Shown: positions 37,571-49,533 of the stretch, piece by piece
How positions within the stretch are numbered: position 1 is the stretch's first letter
Layout of the letters: each line of letters starts with the position of its first letter
Assembly (NCBI GenBank): GCA_964187785.1
Contig: OZ076409.1
Location: forward strand, 34,844,001 to 34,908,000
Origin: Amphiscolops sp. MND2022
Lineage: Eukaryota
Direction: 5' to 3'
DNA length: 64,000 bases
The notes under the pieces: generated by a model
What the model was told of the DNA's origin: nothing
What the model saw: only the letters and a program-made list of their open reading frames with translations
Databases searched by the model: none
Position numbers and translations under genes: made by a program

Positions 37571-38445
37571 AAGTTAACGCTTCTCATCTGCGGCAAATTT
37601 TACAGCTAGGATCTCAAATTTGTTTCCAAACGCTATAGATGTAACAATTTTCAATTCGTATTGAACCAATTCAATGCTCTCAGATTTTCAAAACCCCAAT
37701 TAACCTGACGATGCTCTAGAGCAGTGTATATTTTTCAACTTTTGAATATTTTAGTTCCTTTTGTCGGTGGTTCGAGACCCAAATTACACCAATCTTTTTA
37801 TGCTTGCAAAAGTAGAGGAAAACCAAAAGATCTGATTTTTGGGATTTCTTCAGTACAATTTTTAAACAAAACTCCTTCCTCTGATTTTCAACAGGAACCA
37901 AGCTTTTTGGGAATACAGAGAATCTCTGAAGGTTTTGCGGCGCTGTGCGACTTCCAGACAATTTTTTGAGAAATAAATTCCAAGTTGCTCTTCAAATGTT
38001 TTTTGAAGAAAGTTTTTTCATACAAATTCATGTATTTTCCTAGTCTTTAGAATGACCTTTTGTAGTTGAAGGTGACAGATAAGTTCCAAGATTTGTGAGA
38101 AAGAACTTTTTCGGCTCTGCGCGTTTTTTAGGGAATTTTTTTCTGTTCACTAGATGTTAGTTGCTTCAGTTTTTTGATATTTTTTTCTGTTTAGAAAACG
38201 AGTTTTTTAGCCTAAAGTGTCACAACATGGAGTAGTTTTGGCACTGTGTGACTTTTTTCGAACCAAAAAAAATATCGGACAAAATATCGGAATAGTTTTC
38301 TCACACTTGCTTAAGTTGAAAGGTCCCTTTGGAAGTTATCCGTGGTAACAGTATACGAGAAAGATCGCAGTGCCACTGCGCCCCTTGGTTGTTTTTAGTT
38401 GTATTCTCCTAAAGAAATTTGGTGGTTACCGTGTGTATGTATGAC

Positions 38446-38962
38446 GGCATAGCGACAACTCATATCAAGCGACATTTCATATCAGGCAACAACTCATATC
38501 AAATTGAGAAAGCGACAACTCAAATCAAGCGATAAGTCATATCAATTAGTAAAAAGTGACAACTCATCGGGTTTGTCTATAGGTTACAAATACCTAAATT
38601 GTGATAATATCTAGTTGTAACAATTTATAATTAACTACAATAAGAAATTAGGAATTTTTTTTCCATTTTATGCGCTATACTCAAGATTACTTTCTCTCCA
38701 ACGCTTTTGGATGAAGGTGTGATTATATTCAAGACACTTATATTTACTATACAATCTTGTTTCTGTTTCATTATTTCTAGTAATTATTCATCAATTGACT
38801 AATTTTCTCTTATTATCTAATAAATTATTTAGGTTAACATTTCCTATGTAGATTTTGATTTTCTGATGTGAGTTTTGATTGATATGAGTTGTCGCTTTTT
38901 CAAATTGATATGAGTTGTCGCCTGATATGAGTTGTCGCTTGATATGAGTTGTCGCCGTGTGG
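38446..38962. mobile_element. Foldback/MITE-like element with arms built of 17-bp subrepeats
   Basis: Left arm GCGACAACTCATATCAA repeats (38452-38570), right arm inverted TTGATATGAGTTGTCGC repeats (38878-38956), AT-rich interior. TGTATGAC flanks both sides (38438-38445 and 38963-38970). Confidence 0.7.
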
Positions 38963-39851
38963 TGTATGACAGCGGCTAAGGCTGGGAATCAAATGCACAG
39001 TGGGATCTGGAATTAATATATTTTGTATGCTTGCCAATGTAAAGGGCAATAAAGGGGTCCTTCTAGGTGTTTTTCGGCAGTGCTTGACTTCATCTCTAAT
39101 CAGTCTCCTTAGTAAAACTATAAAATACTAAAAGGAGTTCCTCGGCCTTTTTGGGAACTTTTTGGCTTCTTCTCTCCAACCGGTGATGTTAGGTGAATAT
39201 TATAAAATTCATAAAAGTGGACGTTCAAGGGTAACTGGAGAAAATAAAACTTGCCACTGGAAGAATCTTGCACTTTTTTCTTGCGCCGAACATTTTCACA
39301 GTTTTATGATAAAACGCTCTAATTCTGATTTTTGGGTTTTTGGACGTAATTTTTGGTTGATTTCATAGTTTGCCGGGATGATTGTGGGGTTCCATTCGGT
39401 TCATTGTTCAACTTTTGTAACCTTTCAGTTTCAAAAATAATTTCTGTTCTCTGTTATAGCACCTGTAACAATAAAAAGGAGATATAACTCATATTTCCGA
39501 ATTATCGAATTATGTTAGATTTTGCAAAGACGAAGTCAAGAGAAACACTTTTTTCGAGTTGTCATTTGGAAACACTAAATGCTGATTTGCATTCTCAGAT
39601 CTATATACACAATTTGAGTTCAATGTTTTCCTAAACTTTTTTAACAAACATTTGAGGTCTCTATTTTTTCCAAAGGCGTATCAGCCGAATATACAAAAAT
39701 ATCGCAATGCCATTGGGCCTCTTGTAATAAACAAATTGTCTGTGGAAATTTTTTGAAAAACTCAATAAAAAATTGAAGCATATACATTCTCACACCCAAG
39801 GCTATTCATTCTCCGAAATATTTTTGACTTCCAATTCAGTTAAGTTAGTAA

Positions 39852-40350
39852 CAAGACGGGAACATCTGAAGCAGGGTGACCAACTGGTCACTAGTCAGTG
39901 ACCAGTCACTAAAACTCACTAAAGCGGTCACTATTTTATAACTGGTCACTAAATGTCACTAATTTCCAGGGTGACCAAATCGTCGGTTTAAACCGACCAT
40001 TCGGTTGATTTTTAAAGTCGGTTTTTCTCGGATATCAGTGAAAAAATATCAAAAAAATTGATGCGGGGACCCTTTGGAGACAAAAAAATTCTTTAAAAAG
40101 TCGCACAGTGCCGAAAAAAAATCGAAGGGGGACCCTATAGTCTCGTCCGGTTTTGCATCTTACGTTTAAAATGAAGTAAATGAAAGAGGGACCCTTTGCA
40201 TTAATTTAGATGCATTCCCGCTTGCCGGTCCAGTAGTTTAGTAGTTCTGTGAAAAGTGTCCACTTCGCATATATTCTGTTATCTGACGAAAAAAACTTGC
40301 TATTGTAATGATTGGGTTTTTTTACTTAAAAGGAAAATGCGCCGACTAAA
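39852..40350 (-). mobile_element. Helitron-like family A copy with CAGGGTGACCA-type TIR fragments inserted
   Basis: A|CAAGACGGGAAC terminus; CAGGGTGACCAA twice (about 39872 and 39967) with GGTCACTA subrepeats; then GGGGACCCTTTGGAGAC / TCGAAGGGGGACCCTATAG family motifs. Confidence 0.5.
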
Positions 40351-41163
40351 AACTAAGTAATTGGAGTCAAAAGAGAATTATTTAACGTGGAAAGAATTTT
40401 TCGGTTAGTCATCGTTGAAACATGTCTTTTATCAACATGTTTCCCAAACAGGGAAACTGGTTTCTGTCTGAATGAGTTCAAGTTCAAAAATGTCTTTTCT
40501 GTTTGGAAAATGAGCTTTTTGTATTTAGTCTCATGAAAAATGCAATCAGAATCACGAAATTGTGCATTTCTGAATTTTGCTGTCTTAATGAAGTGAAAAG
40601 GATATTTAGGTCATCAACTTCTTTAAATGATTCTAAAAATAGGTGTGAACAGAAAAGGAAAACCCCCTCCGTCTTGTCTGCACGCAGGAAGTGAAGGGCT
40701 TGGCGCATTTGAAAAGACATCCACAGGATGTGTAGATGGTTTTGGTCAATTAAATTGTGCGAAGGCTCCAATTGAAATTTTATTAGCGCTTTCAACAAAA
40801 TTGCACTCGTCTCAGACTCTTTCTCGTTTCCAAACTGGAGTGCATTGAAATTCTACAATTTGTTCTTTTGTTTCCAAATCTGTGCGTCTTTTATTTGAAG
40901 GGGGAACACCGTAGCGGTTGTCCCTTGGAGGTAAAAAGCATTCCGCTTAACGCTCTTTGTCTCGAAGCAACAGGTTGCTAGCCGAACACACTACTGATTG
41001 AACAACCAGAATTTCACGAATTCCCACTTGACGTATCAAAGTGTATGGACAAGATTGTCTCTAATGAATTTACAATGCAGACACAAGACAGCAGCTGCTA
41101 CCATATTCTGACGTTTTTTGGGGTAAAAGTAGCTGAGAAGTTGTCATTATTGATAACTTTTTA

Positions 41164-41701
41164 GGGGGGAAGTAAATAACTTCTAAATAAATAACTTCTA
41201 ATTAATATAGTAAACAACTTCTAAATAAATAAGTTCTAAAATTATTTTAGTAAATAACTTCTAAATTGCAATGGCATCTAGTAAATAACTTCCAAACAGC
41301 TATTTTGACGTAATTATTTCTATAACGTCGTTAGCTATGTTCACATACCCCTAGTGCCCTAAATGCAGGAGCGGAGCGACGTGCCATATGGCCATGCCTC
41401 AATGTTGCTACTTGGCGAAGGGAGCGAAGCGACTAGCGAGCCATACAACAAATATGCTAATCTTTTCAAATAACAGTTTTCGGAATAATAGAACGGTAAG
41501 TTTATTTTCGGAATAATGGAACGGTTAATTTATTTTCGGAAGAATGAATAGCAATCTTTACTAGAATGATTTCAGAAGTTACCAGACGCAAATGCATTTT
41601 AGAAGTTATTTACTAATATAATTTTAGAACTTATTTATTTAGAAGTTATTTACTAATATAATTTTAGAACTTATTTATTTAGAAGTTATTTACGTGATCC
41701 C
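41164..41701. mobile_element. Foldback element with GGG...CCC termini, long AAATAACTTCTA-based arms and a candidate 6-bp TSD
   Basis: Left GTAAATAACTTCTAAATAAATAA repeats (41172-41300), right inverted copies (41565-41693). TTTTTA on both sides (41158-41163 and 41702-41707). Confidence 0.7.
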
Positions 41702-44700
41702 TTTTTAGGATTGGATAAGATTAAGAAGCTCTTAACGCGTCGCCTCAAGTCCTTCTTACATGCGTTTTATTCAAGGTTGAATCATTTGTCCAGTATGGTA
41801 TGTTGAAAACTACATGCTTGGAAGCATGAAATCTTTTCGTGTGTTTTTAGTCGATGCTTTTTGTGAAAAGAAATGCCCGACTCCTACTGTGGCAACTTTT
41901 TTGTCAGACCACTGACCTTATCACTGAGAGGTCCACTTTTTGAACCCTTGATGTAATGTGCGTCCATGCGTCCCAAAGGGTCCCTCTTCGAATATTTCAG
42001 TTTTGGAGTTTTGGGTAAATTATCAAACTGAATGCGACCAAAAGGCTATTTTTGGCAATGTGCTACTTTTTTCAAAATTTCTAATTTCGGTTCTCTATTT
42101 GGATTTTTTTGATGTTTAAACTTTATCAAAACCCCTGAACATATTTGAAATGGGACTAGGTAGGCGAAGCGCCGGCTTGAGGCCTTCAAGTTTATTATTG
42201 TGTCAGAATTCATCGAAAAGCCTTAAAGTATTGAATTAATTTGAAAAACGAGTTATTTCTTGGTTAGCGAAACAATTAATACTTTGTTTTCAGCCAATAT
42301 TTTGTGTATGGTTATTTATAATCACACGGTGAGTGACAACTATTTTTCTGGGCGGACAAACAAAATTCAAGCATTGCCTAAGAAGACAGAATATTTTGCC
42401 AGTGAGGAGATTTCCTTGTCGGTTGGTGGAGAAGTGTAGTCAATCGCCGTGAAAGCATAGATCTCAATTCAAATACTTCTCACTTCTGAGGTTAACGGTC
42501 CGAGCCCCTTGGTGTTTCGATTTTGTCGAAAAATTTAGTCTACACCCAGGTTTGATTCTATTTATGGGCTTTTTCAAATTATGATAACCAGTTGGGATGT
42601 GGCACATAGCTAGCTTTGTGTCATTAACAGTTGTCTAATAAGTGAGAAAATAAATTGGTATATTTTTCAATGGTTGCCCGGTCGCAAGTGCAAGGCAACC
42701 TGTAATATTTCAGATAGTCAAACGAAATAATGAGGTGATAAAAACGACCGCAGGCTACAATTTCATTGCTGCTCTTTACTGAATCATCAATCATCTTCAT
42801 TCATGCAATTTTCCATCAAAGATCTGGCGCGGATAACGGTCAAAGCAATAAATTTGTTATCTCGCTTCAAAGCCTTAGCTGGGAACGAAATTACAGCTAA
42901 ATTAAAAACGGAAATTGTACGGTGCAAATCTTTGTGCAGAGCTTTGTTCAAATTTCTGCCGATTTGGCCGCAGTCCATGCACTGATGATGCATCACCTTT
43001 CTCTGGCATCAAAGTTAAAGTCCCATGTCAAATGATGGATCAGCTTATTCGCTGTCCTTTATGTTCTCTTTTGTAGAATACTATGTAAATTTCCTTAGAG
43101 AGTAGAATCATTTGGTAGGTGTCCAGCAAAAACCTTGTCAAATTTAAGGCCGTTTAATTTTCCATCAAAAGATTTTGTTCAACCATACCCAAAGAAGAGT
43201 TGGAATATATGGATTAGAGATTTTAAAAACTTGGATTCAGCTTTTGACCTCTATTTTGCTTTGACCTCGATTTCCCAAACTATGCGTTAAAGTTATAACT
43301 TTGATAGCTTTTGTGGGTCTTTTGTCTAAAGGAACAATTCTGAAATGCATTTGCGAATAACAATAGTTATAATCCAACCTTGAAAAATGATTCACTTTTC
43401 ACTTCAAGTTTTGTTTTTTATTTCACTGAAACGTTTGATCAGTGAGGTTCGCACGATATTTCAAACACATCTTTTTCGCATATTTGCATTAGAAATTTGC
43501 AGGCTCAACAACGTTCCACATCTTGTCACAACAAATTCTCGAGTGTTGCCCACCGATAGTTGCCGCTTTGCTTTCAGTAAGTGGTCTCTAGAAAGGAAAC
43601 ATAGAAAAAACCGACGCAGCGAACCTCTAGTGAAAAGTCTATCATAAAAACTATTAGTGAAAAGTCGCACAGAGCCGAAGAAATATCTTTTCACTGATAA
43701 CAAAGAAATCTCTCATCAGCCTCATACGACCAAAGAATAACTAGAGAGTTCACCCTTAACTTTCGGTTTGCATTAGAAAAAAGGTTCGCAAAAATAAAAA
43801 AAACTTCACAAAACCAAAGAAGTGTAAAAAATTTTTCGAGAGAAAAGTTCTTTGAAGTAGGATTCTTGAAATTTTTCACACACATCTTAAGGATGTTTAT
43901 TTATATTAACCCAATGTTACTATTGTTCGATAATCAGCGTCTGATTTTACTTACTTAAAACAATAAGCGAGAGCGACGTTAGGAGGTAAGCACATTAAAT
44001 AGATGTAATATTAGGTAAAAAAGGGTAGTGTGTCTCCTAGTAAATCCAATGTTTGCGAAGATGTTCTTTTGAAACTTGAGTGCCAACTGCGGCGAAAACA
44101 CCCATATCCGTAATTTTTCTCTGCCTTTTGTTCGTGAAATCTTCCTCCATGTCTAACAATGTACACCTACATTGTATTCTTCCAGAGTCCTCCTGATGAC
44201 AGTGGAGTCGCCATAGCGTCCCAATCAGATCCAATTGCAGGCTTAGCTGTGTCGATAGTCAAAACAGCACGAAGATGCAACCTTAGAACGTATCGTAAAT
44301 TACCAGGTGGTTGATTTGTGAATCGCAAACAATTAGCCTTTTTTGCGCGCAGCCCTCTTTGAATTGAACCATTCAAACTATTTACATTTCACATTTTTAA
44401 AACAAAGATTCATCAAACGTGAAGACGAATTAGTAGTTGTTGAACACCAAAAATGGGTTCCTGTATACAAACGTGCATTTGAAATGCCTCCAGCAATTTA
44501 AATATTCGTGGGAGAAACCGTACGAAAAAGCGGCCAAAGTTCATGAAATATTTTAAAGTCAGAAGCAGAATTTTGAATGCCAAAATCTTATAGAAGTCAT
44601 TATTGCGTCCGATCACGCTTCGACTACGTGTTGAGTAATTAGTAGTCTGTTGTGTTTTTTTTTCAAAGCACAACAACTAGTTGAAGAAGTCAGTTCAGTT

Positions 44701-46489
44701 CAATTCGTGAACAGAATAGAGCAAAATTGCAACGTTAAAACGTGCGATTGAGGGAAAGCAAGAGTAAAACTTCGTGTCTGCCACACGAAACGCACCAAAG
44801 CGTGTTAGAAAGCGAAAGGAGCGACCTTTCTAAAGCGCTGTGAGGTTCCGAACGCACAGCGAAAGTGAAAACGGCCGCCACACACTTTGAATTTTCCTCT
44901 TGCTTAATAAGAATCAAAAATCAACCTCGATTCTTCGAGAACGGAAAGAGTTATCGACTGACGGTTTCTGGCATTCGATAGCCAATTCAAGTGAGAGCTC
45001 AACTTTAAGGTATCAGCTTTTTGAAATAACTTGAACCTTGTGGAGAAAGCTTTGAAAACTAGGTTTTTTCAAAACTTTGGACGAATTTCCAAAACTGAGT
45101 TTCAATAAATAATTTCGTGTGATCGCCACTGGTGTCCAAAAAGAGGATTTGAAAAACAGTTTCAATTGAGCATGAGCGAACCATTTCAATTGTGGTAAGT
45201 GATGTTAAAAATTTTTTGTAATTTTTTTGTAATTTTCGGAAATTCAGTCAATATACCTCAAAAATGGTCTTGAATGGCCAAAAATGTAGTTTATTGCCTT
45301 TTATTTTTTTGTCCTCAACTTATAACCGCACAATAGCCGCTTTCATTTCAGCGTACTTGAGAATGGAAGTGAATAAGTGAATGACGTATTAAGTAGAGCG
45401 CTGCCGCGGGCTAGCGAATAGTCGCTCAAAATTGAAATTTGAGAATTCTTTCTGTCAGTAGCAAAACCGACCTATCTAAAAGCAAATTCATCGCACGTTC
45501 CGGGCAACTTGGAGCTGAAACGTTGTGGTCATGTGCATAAGATTATTGCGCATAGCCTTTAGCTGGAGCATTTTCCCGAAAAGGGTTATACAGGTGAGAT
45601 ATTGACTCGAAACGTTGGAGGTCAGGTCAACAATTTTGGAAAAAAATATTGTTTCCAGGAAAAGTGCCACCAAAATTTGTTGAGACAAGATGGAAACCTC
45701 ATCTACGGAACCAAAATTTCTTGTGGCTCGGGCTTTTGATTGATAAAAACCATACGTTGTACCTTTCAAACTGAAAAGGTACGGGTTCTTCAAAGTTGAG
45801 TTGGTTGTAGAATTTGAAAAATGATTTTCGACCCCAACTCCTTCAAGGGCGTGTTTCACCGTCAAGTAGTGAAAATAAAAAGCTGTCAACATGAAATTTG
45901 TTTAGCGTTTTAAAGGTTTATGCATATGGGTTACGTCAAATTTGCCTCAGGTGATCGGAACAGCTAGTTTTTGACCTTAGATGGTGTATCACAGAATCTG
46001 ATTTTTTGGAAAGTGAAGAGTACAAATATGCTTTTCTAAAATAAGCGTTTTTTACGCTTTTCTAAAATATTGCTAAGTGTTTCGTTAGATCAGTTTTTGC
46101 AAACGAGAGTTGTCAGAAATCGTGTGGGAAAAAGCAGCTTGACAAAAAGTGCAACTGTCAATCATTTAACTGAAATTAAAGTCGTGTTTGAAAAAGTGGG
46201 AAAAATTGAATCAGCGAAGGCCTTCCCTTAACTTTTATTTTATGTAAAACTACTAGTCTTGGTTGACAAGAAGGTGGAACTAAGAATCACAAGTGATTAG
46301 AAATTGCACTTTTAATGATACTGAAGTAGGAAAAAACGTCTCAAAAAATAGGCAGCTCCCAAAAAAGGAAGGCTGACATTTTACGAGTACCTATAAAATC
46401 AAACCGTCGAAAAGTTAACTTTGGCCGAAGTGTGTGCCGATTTGAAGTCTAGAGAACAGCTTCCTTCGTGTTGTGTTGGTGATTTCTTT

Positions 46490-46830
46490 CTGCAACTGAA
46501 AGTGACGAGGGACTCCAAGATCTTGTGTTGAGACTACTTCAGAACAAGATTTTGGCCATAATTGAGGTGGCCGCAAGACCTTCGTCTAGATTCTAAAGCG
46601 TCAATCGTGTATGAGATGGGACTCCAATACGTTCGTTGTAATAACCCACTTCCTAAACTTCTAAATCGTGCGCGAGGTGAGACGTCAAGACCACCTTTAA
46701 GAAACCCTAAATAATAGCAACCTTATTACGAGTGGATCGAGACTCCAAAACCTTCGTTGGACATTGTTGTATTCATTTTCGTGCGTGAGATGGCACTCCG
46801 AAGCTGTCGTTGAGATACAATTGCTTTCAA
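46490..46830. repeat. Highly degenerate ~55-60-bp tandem array
   Basis: GACTCC(A/G)A...C.TTCGTTG and ATCGTG..TGAG.TG motifs recur at about 46510, 46619, 46740 and 46793. Confidence 0.4.
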
Positions 46831-47539
46831 TTCAAGATCGATAGAGAAGACGATTTAATTTGAAATTTTGATTTATATCACACCACATCCTCGCTAATAC
46901 CCAATTCAACGTTGCTGAAACTCTTGCTTTTTGATTCCTTGTGTTATATCTTTTTCAATCAAATCCGTATTATCGACAAATGTTGTTCCTGTATCTAGTT
47001 CATCATTCGTGGCTGTGACATTGTGTTTGTGTCTATTAGTCGCCCTATTTATTTGATTTGTATCAATTAACTTTCAAACTGCTCTTTGCATCTTTAAAAG
47101 ACACCAAAACAGCCTACGAGTTGCGAGAGACACGCCTGAAGAATGCTTATAATCAAAGTAGTAAAATATCCGAATTTCCAAGCCACATTTACCCTCACGG
47201 CCATCGATTGAGTCCATTCGTCTTTCCTTTCGGAGTTAATTAAAATTGTGTGGATACATTAATAAAATAAATGTGAATACTCAGCCAATTCTTGTCTTGT
47301 GCTTGGTACCTACGGTTCTAACTGAGTTATGGTGGAGCAATTCTCAACAAATTGTTCAAACTACTGAAAACAAAAACCTTACAATTGTCGCACAGCACCG
47401 AAAAACCCTAAAGGACCCTCTATGATCGCCTTCATTTGTGCTAAATATCAAAGAGGCCTTTCAATGAAAATTATCAGAAAAAAGTTGCGTAGTTCCGAAA
47501 AACCCAAAAGGGGAGTGGCAGTTTGGTCTTTTTCAGTCG

Positions 47540-47890
47540 GTGCGTTTTCCTTTGGATACTATTACAGTGACTAGTTTTTTTCCTCAGACAACAAACAGAA
47601 TGTATGCGTAGTGGACACTTTCTCTACAGAACTACTAAACCACTAAACTACTGGACAGACAAGCAGAAACGCATTTAAGTTAGTGCAAAGGGTCCAATTT
47701 CAGTTATTCCATTTTAACGTAAGATACAAAACCAGACTAGACTATGAGGGTCCCCCTTTGATTATTTTTGTCACTGTGCGCTTTTTTTTCGAGTGTTTTT
47801 CATCTCCCAAGGGTCCCCCCTTCAAGTTTTTTGATATTTTGCCATAAACGGGACTTTCAAAACGCCCAAATGGTCCCCCTTTTACAATTT
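47540..47890 (+). mobile_element. Helitron-like family A internal fragment
   Basis: Reverse-complement homology to 40060-40350 (AGTGGACACTTT, CAGAACTACTAAAC, AGGGTCCCCCTT motifs). Confidence 0.55.
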
Positions 47891-49404
47891 TAAAAACTGC
47901 GCTTTTTGAGTCTTAGATATAGCCCCGATTTTAGACGCTCCCAGCTTGTTCCACCTTTGCGAGCATAAAAATTTGGCCCACTGCGGGATTCGAACTCCCA
48001 CTTCTCAGATCTCGTTTTTGGGCAACAGTTTGTTTTTAATTGAATTGATAAAAAATAGACCTCAGAGGATTCAAATCCATACCCTGCTAACAAGTTAGAT
48101 TTGGACAAATAACCTGCTCAGCCGCTACATCAAATGAACCAGTCTTCAGTCTTGTCGATAGACAAAAAATCACTAACTGCATTCAAAATTAATAACTGGC
48201 AGAATATTTTGGCTGGAAAAACACCCGGTAACAAATAAAGAAAACGAATAATGAAGCCTCATGCAATACTTTTACACATTTCCCAATACAAAACAAACAA
48301 CCCGCAGTACTACTGTCTATTTTAAGTTCGATTCCAAATTCCTACTTTTTCTCACGACTTCAACTGATTCGCAAGCTAGTCAGAGACCGTTTGCTGAATC
48401 AGAAAGTTTTTTGATTGTATAATGTGTAGTTCCAAGTTATCGACTTTGTAAAGTTTCTTTCTGAAACTCTTCACGTATCACTTCGATTGCGTATGGTGAC
48501 GATATCAACAGTCCAACAGTTAATGATCTTCGTAGACTGCTTGCGGTAGAAAATTCAGTCCTACGCGCTCTCCAGGATTTTCTACAAAGATGAGGATTTT
48601 TATGCGTGAGAGGTTTTTCAAAAAAAGCCATTGAAGTGATTCGCGAAAATTACTGCACGTAGCCTGGGCAATAAATGTTTGTTAATGGATTCCACTGTTT
48701 GCATTGAAGTTTGATGAAACGATCTAGTGCAATCCATTACGTCATGATGCAATGTTCCAGCGATTTTTTCAGAGGGTTTCACTGGAACTCTAGGTTTTTC
48801 CACTGCATACCAGAGGTTTTCACGGCAAAATAAGGCATCTTATTGAAGTCTTCCCAAAATGTGAAATTACTCACATTTGCCTTAGTGCGGCTCTTCTTGT
48901 TCGTATTGCTAAGGCATGAGGTTGCTGTACTAGAAAAACCTGATCTAGTTTATGAGCATAACGTTCACTGTCTTAATTCATTCATCTCTCATTCATCTTA
49001 ATCAATATCTCTTTGAGAAGAACCACCACATTTGTAACGAAGTTTTCACTATTAACGTGTTGAATGTTACCTCTCCGTTACATGAAGGCCTAGTCAATGA
49101 AAAAATAATGTCTTTAACTCGCTGTGTTGAAAAAATGACCCCCTTTCTGAAACAACCGATTTTCTTTTCACTTTAACAGCGTTTAGCGTTTATATTCGAA
49201 TTTTGTCTCTTTTTTTGTCAACGATCAATTAAATATCAACACGATGATGCAGTTCAAGCAGGTTTTCCACTAGTTGCTGCTGGTACTTGAATATGTTCGG
49301 TGGCGTCATGACGTCATTTGTATAGATGACATTTTGCACCTCAACAACAGTATCACCCGACTGAACGTGGTAAACATTTTGACCGGAAGTTGACCTTGTT
49401 TCAG

Positions 49405-49533
49405 GCCGGAGCACGACCACAACGACCCTCTGAGTGCACATGCGACTCTCAACGTGTTCAAAGCAATATCGGCGCCCATGTACTTGCTCACGGTCAACCC
49501 ATCAAACCCCATCCATGCCAGTCTCTCACTCAG
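49405..49533 (+). CDS. TRPC: TRPC-like channel exon (TRP_2 domain)
   Basis: TTTCAG acceptor; phase 2-2; 129 nt. Encodes (R)PEHDHNDPLSAHATLNVFKAISAPMYLLTVNPSNPIHASLSL(S), aligning with TRPC HS..RLN.YK.LASP.YL.L.S.DP...A..LS. Donor AG|GTTATT. Confidence 0.88.

Noticed and set aside
40627-40848. GC-richer ORF considered as an extra TRPC exon
   Set aside because: No TRPC similarity, and the flanking exons already join in phase without it.
44037-44376. Minus-strand ORFs resembling a decayed transposase or host exon
   Set aside because: No catalytic or domain motif recognised.
45488-45892. 134-aa minus-strand ORF
   Set aside because: No recognisable domain and no splice or compositional support.
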